Virus record (IMG/VR): IMGVR_UViG_3300031825_000044
Span: 1-39,112 of that record
Direction: 5' to 3' (one strand)
Length of the DNA stretch: 39,112 bases
Origin: a virus
Part shown: one piece after another, positions 7,214-16,763 of the stretch
Position numbering within the stretch: position 1 is the first letter of the stretch
Layout: each line of letters begins with the position of its first letter
Made by a program: the position numbers and the translations under genes
Notes under the pieces: generated by a model
What the model was told of the DNA's origin: nothing
Databases searched by the model: none
Seen by the model: only the letters and a program-made list of their open reading frames with translations

Positions 7214-7720
7214 TCAATCTCTGGGCGTCAGTGCATCGTAGGCCCGTTCGCAGGCTTGGCCGGCGACGCGGGCGCTGTCGGCATATTCAGCCAGGAGTCC
7301 CGCGCGCTGGTCAGCGCGGCCGAGCACGTCGGCAAGCATGCCGATGGGATCGTCGGCTGCCGGGCCTGTGCTGGCAGCGGCGGGATTGCCGGTGGCGCGA
7401 CCGGTGGCGAGTAGCTCGGCAACTCGCTGGCGCAGGCGCCCAGCAGCATCATTGGCAGCAGCAGCATCAGCGCGCGCGCCGACCATTTCTTTCGTTGCAG
7501 CATTGGCGATCTCCGTTTGCGCGGCGGTGCGGCGCTGTTCCTCAATGCGGGCATCATCCACCGCCTTGACCTGGACGCGGGCTGCATCCAGTGCCGCGGC
7601 AGTCGTCTTGGCCTGGTAGGTGGCCGCGTCCGTTCGGGACTGCTGCCACCGGCCACCGCCATAGGCCACCAGCAGCGCCAGCGCGCAAGCGATCCAGACC
7701 CGCGGGTCGAGGATGCTCAT
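7214..7720 (-). CDS. Rz: i-spanin (Rz-like), 168 aa
   Basis: ATG 7720 overlaps the upstream stop (ATGA). It has an N-terminal TM (VWIACALALLVAYGGG) followed by an Ala/Arg/Gln-rich coiled coil. It is the last gene of the lysis cassette. Confidence 0.8.
   Translation of the reverse strand: MSILDPRVWIACALALLVAYGGGRWQQSRTDAATYQAKTTAAALDAARVQVKAVDDARIEEQRRTAAQTEIANAATKEMVGARADAAAANDAAGRLRQRVAELLATGRATGNPAAASTGPAADDPIGMLADVLGRADQRAGLLAEYADSARVAGQACERAYDALTPRD
7228..7503 (-). CDS. Rz1: o-spanin (Rz1-like lipoprotein), 91 aa, embedded in Rz in another frame
   Basis: MLQRKKWSARALMLLLPMMLLGAC|ASELPSYSPPVAPPAIPPLP has a signal peptide, a lipobox L-G-A-C and a Pro-rich mature part. It lies entirely inside 7214..7720. 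Confidence 0.8.
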   Translation of the reverse strand: MLQRKKWSARALMLLLPMMLLGACASELPSYSPPVAPPAIPPLPAQARQPTIPSACLPTCSAALTSARDSWLNMPTAPASPAKPANGPTMH

Positions 7721-7977
7721 GCATGCCCCCGTTTCACCAGATGCCGCAGTTCCAGCCGCCAGAACGCCCACAGCACGCCCAGCGCGACCGCTGCATTGAG
7801 CCCGATCTCCGGGCCGCTGTGGCAAGCCTGGGGCGCGCTCATGTTGCCCAGCGCGCCGAGGGACAGCAGCGCTAGCACCACGGCGCCGCCGGTACGGGTC
7901 GGCACCTTCTGGGTGTAGAGCGCCCAGAACGATCCGAGGAAGATGATGGCGTTGGCCACCAGGTTGATGGTTTGCAT
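7717..7977 (-). CDS. holin/antiholin-like membrane protein (86 aa, about 3 TM helices, basic C-terminus)
   Basis: Hydrophobic segments are LVANAIIFLGSFWALY, GGAVVLALLSLGALG and IGLNAAVALGVLWAFW, followed by the tail RLELRHLVKRGHA. It sits between the other holin-like gene and Rz. Confidence 0.65.
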   Translation of the reverse strand: MQTINLVANAIIFLGSFWALYTQKVPTRTGGAVVLALLSLGALGNMSAPQACHSGPEIGLNAAVALGVLWAFWRLELRHLVKRGHA

Positions 7978-7978
7978 A

Positions 7979-8281
7979 TCAGCTCCCGAGGAAGCGCCGC
8001 ATCAGTGCCTTCAACGCTTCGGGGATCTGCTGCATAGCATTGATGGCCACAGCAAAACCGAAGGCGGTAGAAGTCGCCACAGCGAGCACCGCGGTCCAGC
8101 TGCGCATGTCGAGATGGAAATACTCGATAGCGGCCAGGCCGATGATTGTGCCGAGGGCAATGCTCAGGATGAACGACCCCGCGCGCTGCCACCTGTTCCC
8201 CGGAAGATTGCGAAGCGAAAGCAGCCCGCCAACAAGGACGCCTGCCCCCAGCTTGAGCCAGGTGGTCTGATCGTCTGTCAT
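7979..8281 (-). CDS. holin-like membrane protein (100 aa, about 3 TM helices)
   Basis: ATG 8281 overlaps the endolysin stop (ATGA). MTDDQTTWLKLGAGVLVGGLLSL...AGSFILSIALGTIIGLAAI...WTAVLAVATSTAFGFAVAI...LMRRFLGS. The track ORF is an upstream extension. Confidence 0.7.
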   Translation of the reverse strand: MTDDQTTWLKLGAGVLVGGLLSLRNLPGNRWQRAGSFILSIALGTIIGLAAIEYFHLDMRSWTAVLAVATSTAFGFAVAINAMQQIPEALKALMRRFLGS

Positions 8282-8760
8282 GGTTTCCCCGTCAAGAATT
8301 GAGATTGCTCGCTGGCGCGCCGGGCGACCAACCCGGGGAGCACGCGTCCCGCGGCGCGATTCCACTTCGGAAACTCGGCCGCCGCGCCGATGCGGTCGTT
8401 CGCATTGATCTTGCGCAGCATGGTGGATGGCTGACCGCTCTTGAGCGTCACGAAACCATCCTTCACGCCCTTGGCGCCAGCCCCCACGTTCAGCACGAAT
8501 GACACCAGTGCGTCGAACTGGGCCTGAGTGAGTTCCACGACCACCGCGCGATTGACCACTCGCTCAGCATCAACCACATCCGCAGCGAGGTAGGCGTTGG
8601 CCTGCGCCTCGTTGATCCGCAGCCCCTTGTACACGTCACGGCCGGTATGGCCGTATCCGATGGTCCAAGGCGCACCATGCGTTCCTGGATCGGGGTACGC
8701 CTCAAGCACCAAGCCTTCCCGTACCTTGATAGCCTGCACGCCCGCGGCCGACGTTTTCAT
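8278..8760 (-). CDS. endolysin, GH24 (T4/lambda-R-type) lysozyme
   Basis: 160 aa. IKVREGLVLEAYPDPG...WTIGYGHT is the E-x8-D-x5-T-type catalytic pattern. QFDALVSFVLNVG is also typical. Confidence 0.9.
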   Translation of the reverse strand: MKTSAAGVQAIKVREGLVLEAYPDPGTHGAPWTIGYGHTGRDVYKGLRINEAQANAYLAADVVDAERVVNRAVVVELTQAQFDALVSFVLNVGAGAKGVKDGFVTLKSGQPSTMLRKINANDRIGAAAEFPKWNRAAGRVLPGLVARRASEQSQFLTGKP

Positions 8761-8763
8761 GGC

Positions 8764-9444
8764 CTATCGCACCCGTCGCGCGCGGATGATGCCGTCGACA
8801 GTCACGGTGCCGCCTGCATAGTTGGCGAAGCCGATCAGATACACGGTCGTCGTCGAGGCGATGGAAATGCGCTGCGTCGGCGCGATCGCGCTTTGCGCTA
8901 CCGCTGTGGTGCCGCTGTAGGAATAGAGCGTGCGCAGTCGCGCCGCCGGCAATGTAGCGCTAGTTGTATTGACCGCACATGCCTGCGCGGAAATCGATGC
9001 GCCAGCGCCTGCGTTGTAGTAGCAGTTTCCGTCGAGATCCCAGTCGCCAGCCGTCAACGAGATCGTGGTGACGTTGATCGTCGCCCCACTCGTGATCGCA
9101 ACCGTCGATACCTGTGATTCGACGTACTCGCCAACGCTGCCCGCAGCCGCGTTGTTGTTGGTAGTAGTCCCTACGATACCGGCAGTCGAAGAAGGCGTGA
9201 TCGCACCTGTGGCAGATAACGCGGTAAAAGCTCCTGTGCTCGGCGTGGTATTGCCTATAGGTCCAGGCGCAGCCAGAGACGGCGTACTCCATGCGGGTGC
9301 AGTGCTTGGACCAGTCGAAATGATCGCTTGACCGGCCGTCGATCCCGCTGGGTTCAGAAGCTGAATTGGAGTCAGCGTGGCGGCGGAAAGAACAGCCATC
9401 CATAGCGAAATACCGATGAAGGCGAATAAATGTTTCATGTTCAT
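8764..9444 (-). CDS. tail-fibre-like protein with a hydrophobic signal-peptide-like N-terminus (226 aa)
   Basis: MNMKHLFAFIGISLWMAVLSAA, then a T/S/A/G-rich sequence: LLNPAGSTAGQAIISTGP...GSVGEYVES.... It lies 3 nt downstream of the tailspike gene. An alternative ATG is at 9438. Confidence 0.65.
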   Translation of the reverse strand: MNMKHLFAFIGISLWMAVLSAATLTPIQLLNPAGSTAGQAIISTGPSTAPAWSTPSLAAPGPIGNTTPSTGAFTALSATGAITPSSTAGIVGTTTNNNAAAGSVGEYVESQVSTVAITSGATINVTTISLTAGDWDLDGNCYYNAGAGASISAQACAVNTTSATLPAARLRTLYSYSGTTAVAQSAIAPTQRISIASTTTVYLIGFANYAGGTVTVDGIIRARRVR

Positions 9445-9447
9445 CTC

Positions 9448-11592
9448 TCAGGAAATAGTTGCGAAGACCTGCGACCAATCATTGTTGAGCACATTGTTGC
9501 TGCCGGTATTAAGACGAGACCAGCCGATCATGATTTTCCCTGCTGCTTGGGCAGGAACATCGTTCTTAACGAACGTGCCGAAAAACCAAGTTCCGGAAGT
9601 CGGCATAGCCGTGGCATTTGTCCATCCCAGGACATTTTCGGTACGGATCGCAGCATCATTCGTGGCGCCCTGATTCGGATAGCCGGTCCAGTCGCAGTTT
9701 CGTACGATGCATCCTTTGCCAAAAGAAACAAGATTTCCTGGCTCATTTCGGAAAGCGCGTAGTGTAGTTCCGTCATATGGAGTATCGACTTCGTATGCGA
9801 CATCTTCCTGTGTCAAGCCAGCGCGACCACCGTCATGGCATTGTATCGAAAAGGCCGTTGCACCTACCGCCCCATAAATCCATCCGGTAAATCTTCCGCG
9901 GGAGCATCCCGATACGCGAATACCGGCCAATGTGTAATTGGAAACCTCCGCACGGATAGAGAAATCGATAACCGTATTGGAGGGGCCGACAACAACGCCA
10001 TTCGTTACGTTAGTAACGGTCCAATCTGCGTCGATGCGCTGAGAATAATCATGATCTGGACCTGCTCCGCGCGTGCTGTTATACGACAGCACGCCTTTGA
10101 CCTTAAGATCCGCCACGCGCGTGAAAGGAGTAGAAGATAGTGATGCCCCCGAAGTACCTGTCTTCAGGATGTTGCAGTTCTCAATTAGAATATTGAAACA
10201 GTTCCAGTCACGAGCCGAATCATCACCAGAGATAGATTTACCGAAGACGCCAAGTCCCGAAGTTCCAGCTGTCATAATATCTGCGTAACCAATACGTATA
10301 TTGGCGCATGTCTGATAGCCGTGGTCTGGCTCGATATCAACACCCCCAGGCATTGTGAATCCACCGACAATGCCGCCTACATTAATAGACCGGACCGTAT
10401 CAATGTCGATGATCGTTCCTGAAATGATGGAGATAGCATTACGGCCATCATCTGCAGAATTGAATGCGTTGAATGCGCCGATCTTAATCTGCGTAGAGTT
10501 ATCGCTATTGGACAGCCAATCTTTTTGGCCGATGTAGAGCCCGTCTGCGCGGATTTCCTTGACCATCATGTCGGGGATGTACACATTCCTTGCGCCAGCA
10601 AAACCAACACAATGAATGTGCTCATTGTCAGACATGGCGGAGCGATTTCCATCCCATTTGGGATTCATTATCACACCATCGCAGTCTTTAATGACAAGGC
10701 CAACCCACGAGCCACCGAAATTTATGTTTCCGCCGTCCGGCTTTAGCTTGCACCAGCCATCGAAAATCAGAATGGTGTTGTTGTACGTCGAATCATTGAG
10801 CATGATCCCTGCCGATAGGAAAATTTTTCCGGCAGGAAAAATAATCGCACTGCCTTTGTTAGCATCGATGGCTGCCTGAATTTTTGCAGTGTCATCAGTA
10901 ATGCCGTCTCCCACTGCTCCATAGTCGGTCACGCTGACGAACTCACGCAACTTGGATTGGACTGCTCGACTGACTGCGCCCGTACCGGCCTGAAGGAATG
11001 AGAGTTTTGAACTTTTGATCGCAGCATTGAGCGCGACAGAGGCATCCGTCACAGTGCCGGCACCCGGTGTTCCGATTGCAATCGTATTGCCGATCTTGAC
11101 CGTGACTAGAGAAACTCCAATAGGGATCGGGTCATTGAACTCGAGCGTAGTGCCATCAAGGGACTTGACTTGATCGTCAGCCTGAAAGACGCCATCGAAG
11201 AATATCCACACATTCCCAAGGGATCCAGCTCCGATGCTCAATGTCAGAGTCGTCGTTACGCCAGGCGTAAAATCCACTCCTGCGATGAACATGTCATCAG
11301 TCATGTTCCCGGTCAGGCCGGCGTTGGGATCTTCCGTGATACGATCCCAGATCAGATTGCCGTCCGAATCCTTGACAACCTGACGATAAGTGCCACTGCC
11401 CCAGATGATGGCCTCCCCGCGAGAGTCGAGGATCACAGGATTAGTATTGAGGATGGTTTGCTCAGGATCCTGCCACGTATTTTTGAGTGTGGAAGTATTC
11501 GGGATGTAGAAAAAAACCTGTCCCCCGGCAAGCGGATTGCCGTTGTTATCATCGAAATGCGTTACAGCATTGGGGAGAATCGAAGCAGTCAT
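9448..11592 (-). CDS. tailspike with a right-handed beta-helix (pectate-lyase-3-like), probable polysaccharide depolymerase (714 aa)
   Basis: The N-terminus MTASILPNAVTHFDDNNGNPLAGGQVFFY is a typical fibre/spike N-terminal motif. VTDYGAVGDGITDDTAKIQAAIDA is the hallmark of pectate_lyase_3-type beta-helices. The track start 11628 is a GTG extension. The region is visibly more A/T-rich than its neighbours. Confidence 0.85.
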   Translation of the reverse strand: MTASILPNAVTHFDDNNGNPLAGGQVFFYIPNTSTLKNTWQDPEQTILNTNPVILDSRGEAIIWGSGTYRQVVKDSDGNLIWDRITEDPNAGLTGNMTDDMFIAGVDFTPGVTTTLTLSIGAGSLGNVWIFFDGVFQADDQVKSLDGTTLEFNDPIPIGVSLVTVKIGNTIAIGTPGAGTVTDASVALNAAIKSSKLSFLQAGTGAVSRAVQSKLREFVSVTDYGAVGDGITDDTAKIQAAIDANKGSAIIFPAGKIFLSAGIMLNDSTYNNTILIFDGWCKLKPDGGNINFGGSWVGLVIKDCDGVIMNPKWDGNRSAMSDNEHIHCVGFAGARNVYIPDMMVKEIRADGLYIGQKDWLSNSDNSTQIKIGAFNAFNSADDGRNAISIISGTIIDIDTVRSINVGGIVGGFTMPGGVDIEPDHGYQTCANIRIGYADIMTAGTSGLGVFGKSISGDDSARDWNCFNILIENCNILKTGTSGASLSSTPFTRVADLKVKGVLSYNSTRGAGPDHDYSQRIDADWTVTNVTNGVVVGPSNTVIDFSIRAEVSNYTLAGIRVSGCSRGRFTGWIYGAVGATAFSIQCHDGGRAGLTQEDVAYEVDTPYDGTTLRAFRNEPGNLVSFGKGCIVRNCDWTGYPNQGATNDAAIRTENVLGWTNATAMPTSGTWFFGTFVKNDVPAQAAGKIMIGWSRLNTGSNNVLNNDWSQVFATIS

Positions 11593-11773
11593 GGAAATAG
11601 CCAAAGGCAGCAAAAGGCGCACACGCACCGATTTCTGTCTCTGCCCTAGGAGACTGCTTCACGGGCTTTCCGACGATTTAAGGCTCGACTAGACCTTCAT
11701 CATTATGACCGACGAAACATTGCGCATCATCGGAACCACTGTAGGTTCAGCCGTTATCTATGGCATCCGTTGT

Positions 11774-13960
11774 TCATTGGCTACCAGGAAGCAACGAAGG
11801 AACCAATCCGGGGGCGAGCAGCGTCCCATAATCACGTACTACATTGCCTATAGGCTGGGCAAATTGTGGGCGTTGTGTCAAAAGCGCCGCCGCTAGACGT
11901 TGGCCGACCTGCGTATAAGGCAGAGATCCCACACCAATACTACCCAGGGTCGCCAGCGTAGGTCCAGGCGCTGATACGAGACCTGCGCCAATGGAGCCAG
12001 GCGCCAGCAATGCCATCAGACCACGCCCCGCGGTTCCAGAATCCGGATATTTGCTCCCTAGGACACGTTGACCGGCTCCGGACAGATCCTGCATTAGGGC
12101 GTTCCCGGTTGCTGTGGCTCCCTTACCAACAGATTTATCAGCCGAACGCACCGCACTCTGCAGTTGCGCGGCAGTGAAAATGCCTTCATTGTTCATTGCA
12201 CCAGTTGATGCCGCAGCCGTGCGTAGCCGAACAAAATTGGCCCATGCCTGATTAGCATCACTCAGCTTCTTGGCAAGATCAGGCGCGTTCACTCGCGTCA
12301 GGTTGCTATCGACAGCATCGCGCAGTGCACTTACTGCAGCTCCGAGTTGGCGGTTATCGAATGAGGCATCCCCAAGATAACCCTTGGCAGTGCGGGCTAG
12401 TTCGCTCTGGACACCCTTCAAATCAGTGCCATCCATTATATTCTGCGGCCCTAGCTTCCCAAAGATTTGGGTGCGCAAAATATTCATGAACGTTTTTTGT
12501 TGCTGTTCAGGGAGACCCTGTGCCATCTGTCCGAGTTGCGTCACATCAGACTGGAACCGCGGATCGACCTTCAACTGCATCTTGGGCAGCACATCGTCAT
12601 AGACTTTTCCGATTTCCTGCCCAACCTTTTCGATACCAGATTGGCCGATTTCTCCGCTGAACTTCTTGCCGATAGGTGCCAGCGCTTCGTTATAGGCAGC
12701 CCGGTTGAAATCATTCACCGCGCGCTGCTGGGCGTTTTTGATCATATCTCCCAGCACTGGAACGCTACTCAACTTCGCTTCAGTACGTGCAGCACCTCCG
12801 CCGAGGATCTGGCCTGGTGTTGGCGTCACTCCTTTGCTCATCAATGTTTGCACATCCCCAGAGACATTCGGAGAGATCATGTTTCCGGCGAGGCGCGCCA
12901 GTGGAGAAATAATACCTCCCACAGCTGCGCCAGTCCCAATCTGCTTCAACTTGTCAACGGCAAAATTCTGGCTATCAGGAGAGACGGGCGTCAATGCGGC
13001 ATTTGCCGCGCCAAGACCTGCTCCAATGCCTGCGGCGCCCCCCAAAGTCCTAGCGACTGGCGCTGCGGCAGCCAATGGCGCCGTGGCCACGATGGAGCCG
13101 CCGATGTCGCCGGCCGTGGCCGTCAGAGGGTTGGTCTGCTGGTAAGGATCAAACTCACCGCCGATCTTGCGCAACCCAGCATTCGCATCATTGACTAGCC
13201 AGTTACCCGCCTTCTCTGCACCAAGAGCCGATAGCCCCTTCCCGATCAATTGCTGCCCACCTAGCATGATGCTGCCGAAGCCATGCCCAAGACCGGCACC
13301 GAAAGACTCGATTTTCCCGGGCGCTTCTGCGGTAGGCGCGGCTGGGGTCTGTTGTGGAACAGATGTGGGCTTTGCTGCAGGCGATTCCGACGGCGCCTTG
13401 GTGAAGGCCGATAGGATAGCGTCATCGCTATCTGGGCGTGTCGCCGCATTTCCTGGAGCAGCACCACCTTTCGAGAAAGCGGCCAGAATCGCATCATCGT
13501 CGGTTGCGCTAGGTTGCGGCGCAGCCGGCACACCGGGGAGCATGGCCGGTTTGGACGGCGCGCCCTGGAGCCGCGCCATCACCTGATTGGCATATGGATG
13601 GGCGCCCTTGGCAACATCTGACGAGTTTGGCCCTTGCTTATAGGCAATCAGCGCCTTCACCGGATCATTGAACTGGTCAAGTTGCTGTGACAAATACCAA
13701 GTGCCAACGTCTACTCCGATCTGCGGCTTCAGCAGATCCTGCATGCTGTACTTGGTACCATTTGCCTTGTTGTAATCAGCCAAAGCCGCTTGGCGGACTT
13801 GCATGGCCCCATATGCACCTTGTCCGCCACCTTCCGTATTCACTGCGCCCGGATTGCCGCTCGATTCCTGTTGAATGACAGAGGAAGATAACGCGGGATC
13901 GACGTTCCAGCGCTGTGCGGAGGCTTGGATGAATGGCGAGAGATCAGGTTGTTTTGCCAT
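11774..13960 (-). CDS. internal virion/ejection protein with an N-terminal lytic transglycosylase (SLT) domain (728 aa)
   Basis: VIQQESSGNPGAVNTEGG..GAYGAMQV...VGTWYL is the E-S...GLMQ...Y pattern of SLT domains. A long Ala/Gly-rich C-terminus follows. Confidence 0.85.
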   Translation of the reverse strand: MAKQPDLSPFIQASAQRWNVDPALSSSVIQQESSGNPGAVNTEGGGQGAYGAMQVRQAALADYNKANGTKYSMQDLLKPQIGVDVGTWYLSQQLDQFNDPVKALIAYKQGPNSSDVAKGAHPYANQVMARLQGAPSKPAMLPGVPAAPQPSATDDDAILAAFSKGGAAPGNAATRPDSDDAILSAFTKAPSESPAAKPTSVPQQTPAAPTAEAPGKIESFGAGLGHGFGSIMLGGQQLIGKGLSALGAEKAGNWLVNDANAGLRKIGGEFDPYQQTNPLTATAGDIGGSIVATAPLAAAAPVARTLGGAAGIGAGLGAANAALTPVSPDSQNFAVDKLKQIGTGAAVGGIISPLARLAGNMISPNVSGDVQTLMSKGVTPTPGQILGGGAARTEAKLSSVPVLGDMIKNAQQRAVNDFNRAAYNEALAPIGKKFSGEIGQSGIEKVGQEIGKVYDDVLPKMQLKVDPRFQSDVTQLGQMAQGLPEQQQKTFMNILRTQIFGKLGPQNIMDGTDLKGVQSELARTAKGYLGDASFDNRQLGAAVSALRDAVDSNLTRVNAPDLAKKLSDANQAWANFVRLRTAAASTGAMNNEGIFTAAQLQSAVRSADKSVGKGATATGNALMQDLSGAGQRVLGSKYPDSGTAGRGLMALLAPGSIGAGLVSAPGPTLATLGSIGVGSLPYTQVGQRLAAALLTQRPQFAQPIGNVVRDYGTLLAPGLVPSLLPGSQ

Positions 13961-15522
13961 TACTGGCTCCCGGGCATCGAGATGACGCCGCTACGTACCA
14001 GATTGCCGAGATCGGATTTGAACTTGCCGAGCGCTCCGGTTTTTTGCTGTCGCGCGAGAAAATCTTTTTGCTGAGTCGGACTCATCTCCACGAAGGCAAA
14101 TGCATCGGGGCTGACATTCTTGTTCCACTGCGACTGCCACTGATTGAACTTGTCCGGCGTGTTACCTGAGTTCTGCCAGGCATAGTCCTGCGCGGCGCGC
14201 ATCTTCTCCGCGGCAATCGTCTTCACTAGGATGTCATCGTTGGCGAGCTTCGAGATATTCGGGTTGGCATTTCCCGTCACCGCGGCATTCAGACGCGCAT
14301 CCGTTCCGGTGCCGAGCGAGCCCGACACCGACGATGCATAGTTCGTCAGGATCTTCTTAAACTCATCGAAGTCCTTCACCTCGCCAGTCCAGCCGATTTT
14401 CTTGGCTACATCCGGTGCTAGCGCATTAGCGAACGACTTAGCCGTATTGCGCCAGTCCGAGCCCGGGCCCGTATTGATCCCACCCAATGCATCGCGTGCC
14501 TGATTCAGAAGACTGATACGCATCGGCACATCTGCCGCCGAGTCATGGAGTTGTTGTGCCGCCGTAGCCGATTGGCTGGCTTGTGCACTGGCGCCGGATG
14601 CTTGCGTCGCCTGTGCTGCTGGGGAAAGACCCGTTTGCAATGCTCCCGCAGGAACCGGAGCAGCGCTAGGGGCGCCCGCGGGCGTTCCCTCTGCTCCCGG
14701 GAAACGGCCCGTATAGGCCCCGCCTGCTCCCGGAGCGCCGCCACCACCGCCCTGTAGCATTGCAAGACGCTGGGCGCGCGTCATGGTATAGGGCGTGCCT
14801 TCTGGCGTGACGCCCGGGACTTCTGCGGAGGCTTCGCCAGGCGTCAACGTGTTTTGCAGAGAACCGGCGATGCTGGGCTTGCCAGTCAGCGGGTCGATGT
14901 TCAGCACCTGCGTCTGACCACCAGTATTCAGTACCTGCGTGCGCGGCAGCATGGCTTGAATCTTGGCTTCCCCCGACAGCGAATTCAGGTAATGCTGCTT
15001 GATCCACTCGGCTTGTGCAGCCGGGTCGCCGGGAATGCTGGCTACTTCTCGCTGTGCTTGCTCGAGCGGCAACGTACCAGATGCCAAGGCTTGACCCATT
15101 GCACCGATGATCTCGTTTTTCAGGTCGCTTTTGCCATAGTTCGGCGAAGACATGAGAGAGCCAATCCGATTGCGAATATCGGTCTGTTGCTTCAGTGCCA
15201 GTTCCAGTTTGCCGGCGTCATATGACAATTGCTGATTGCGCTGAGAGGCGATCTTCGCCATGAAATCAGGCAGGAATGCCCCTGCACCGCCCTGCGTGGC
15301 GAGGGCTTGAAGCCTGCCGAAATCCACCTGGCCTGTTTGTGGGTCGGTTGCCTGCTGGTAGGCCTGAGAGATGATCTGATTGGCCCCCAACTGCTGCGAG
15401 GCAGACTGCAGGCCGATAAGCCCGCGCGCGGTATCCACGGTCTGACCAAGTTGAGCCAGCCCTGTTTGCGGAGGCTTGATGCCGAGCGGAATGGATGCGT
15501 CGATCTGGGCCATGAGGTTCAA
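13960..15522 (-). CDS. internal virion/ejection-type protein (520 aa)
   Basis: Track ORF. It is Gln/Ala/Gly-rich and coupled at both ends (ATGA at 15519-15522; TAATG at 13958-13962). The call rests on its position between ejection proteins. Confidence 0.7.
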   Translation of the reverse strand: MNLMAQIDASIPLGIKPPQTGLAQLGQTVDTARGLIGLQSASQQLGANQIISQAYQQATDPQTGQVDFGRLQALATQGGAGAFLPDFMAKIASQRNQQLSYDAGKLELALKQQTDIRNRIGSLMSSPNYGKSDLKNEIIGAMGQALASGTLPLEQAQREVASIPGDPAAQAEWIKQHYLNSLSGEAKIQAMLPRTQVLNTGGQTQVLNIDPLTGKPSIAGSLQNTLTPGEASAEVPGVTPEGTPYTMTRAQRLAMLQGGGGGAPGAGGAYTGRFPGAEGTPAGAPSAAPVPAGALQTGLSPAAQATQASGASAQASQSATAAQQLHDSAADVPMRISLLNQARDALGGINTGPGSDWRNTAKSFANALAPDVAKKIGWTGEVKDFDEFKKILTNYASSVSGSLGTGTDARLNAAVTGNANPNISKLANDDILVKTIAAEKMRAAQDYAWQNSGNTPDKFNQWQSQWNKNVSPDAFAFVEMSPTQQKDFLARQQKTGALGKFKSDLGNLVRSGVISMPGSQ

Positions 15523-16298
15523 CCGTATGCGTTCGGGTCGTTAAAATAGGTGCTGGGGTCGTTTGCGTTATATTGCGTCGCCCACGACCCCGAACTAAAA
15601 GGGTTGTTGTTGTTCCTCAGCAGCGAATAGAGCCCCACTCCCGAGCCGATGGAGCCAATGCCGCCACTGATGGCGTTCGCAGCACCGACTTGGCCCGCTG
15701 CCTGAGCATTCGCGCCTCCGACCAACATTCCGCCAGCATTGGCGGCAGTTTGCAATCCTGCATCCCCAACGCCTGCCGCCGAATTCTGGCCCAGTCCAAC
15801 TAAACCAGCGAACCGGTTGTATTGATCAGAGTTAATGCCGTAGTTCGTCATGAACTGCTGCAGCGCATTCTTATATTGCTGCTGGTAGGTCTGGTCTGCT
15901 AATCCAGTCGTATAGTCAGAAATGCCTTTCAACTGTGCGCCCGAGAGATTCAACCCTTTTGCCGCCGCCGCATTATCTACACCCTTAAGCCCCTGCTGAA
16001 GGGTAAATTGATAGCCCGGCGTCTGTTCGAGTTGTTTTTGCGATGGGTTAAAGTTGAATTGCTGCGTGAGTCCACCTCCGTTCAGGAGGGCTTGCAATCC
16101 AGAAATGGAATTGCTGCCAAGATCCATGTACGGCTGCAGATTCTGCTGCACCTGCTGGAACTGCTGCCATTGCAGGTCAGCAGCACGATTTGCTGCGTCG
16201 GCTTGCGTGCTGGCCGCATCCTTAGCGCCTTTCGCGCCGAGCGCACCGCTGGCGACACCGCCAACGATTGCCCCTCCGGCTACTGCTGCTGCGACCAT
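15519..16298 (-). CDS. Gly/Gln/Ala-rich internal virion-type protein (259 aa)
   Basis: Track ORF with GGAG 7 nt upstream of ATG 16298. N-terminus is MVAAAVAGGAIVGGVASGALGAKG. Confidence 0.7.
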   Translation of the reverse strand: MVAAAVAGGAIVGGVASGALGAKGAKDAASTQADAANRAADLQWQQFQQVQQNLQPYMDLGSNSISGLQALLNGGGLTQQFNFNPSQKQLEQTPGYQFTLQQGLKGVDNAAAAKGLNLSGAQLKGISDYTTGLADQTYQQQYKNALQQFMTNYGINSDQYNRFAGLVGLGQNSAAGVGDAGLQTAANAGGMLVGGANAQAAGQVGAANAISGGIGSIGSGVGLYSLLRNNNNPFSSGSWATQYNANDPSTYFNDPNAYG

Positions 16299-16310
16299 TT
16301 CAGTTCTCCA

Positions 16311-16763
16311 TTACAGCCATTTTTCGTACATCGTCTCGACCGGCTTGAAGTCGAGATAGCGGAACAGCGCAGAGGCATCGTGCTGAACCTTGCTGCCCAT
16401 CGCCCAGCGCTTCACGCCGCGACGGCGCAATTCCTTTTCCACGAAACGCATCATCCTGACGCCAGCCATGCCGGTGCGCTTGTCCTCCCGCACGAAGAAA
16501 ATATCAGGCGAGCAGGTGAGGCACGAGCGGTAGTGCAACCCTGGCGCGATGAATGCCACGAGATAGGCCACAATTGCCCCTTCCTCGCGCCCGATCACCA
16601 TCATCAGCGAGCCATCTGCCTCGCGCGCGCGGTAGACTTCAATCATCGGCTCTAGCGGGACGTCATGGTCCTTGTGCGTCGAAATCTCACCGTAGTGCGC
16701 ATGCAGCAACGGCAGGAGTTCTTCGTAGACATCAGAGAACCGCTCGACCATGAACGTAATCAT
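16311..16763 (-). CDS. GNAT-family N-acetyltransferase (150 aa)
   Basis: FVREDKRTGMAGVRMMRFVEKELRRRGVKR is the R-x-x-G-x-G/A acetyl-CoA-binding motif A context. Size and beta-alpha pattern are typical of GNATs. Its ATG shares one nt with the upstream stop (TGATG). Confidence 0.75.
   Translation of the reverse strand: MITFMVERFSDVYEELLPLLHAHYGEISTHKDHDVPLEPMIEVYRAREADGSLMMVIGREEGAIVAYLVAFIAPGLHYRSCLTCSPDIFFVREDKRTGMAGVRMMRFVEKELRRRGVKRWAMGSKVQHDASALFRYLDFKPVETMYEKWL

Noticed and set aside
8764-11592. Diversity-generating retroelement targeting the fibre or spike genes
   Set aside because: No reverse-transcriptase-like ORF exists anywhere in the window, and I found no template/variable repeat pair near the 3' ends of these genes.
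11705-11896. 63-aa plus-strand ORF spanning the gap upstream of the tailspike
   Set aside because: It runs antisense into the end of the SLT-protein gene, has no SD sequence, and is on the opposite orientation to the whole operon.
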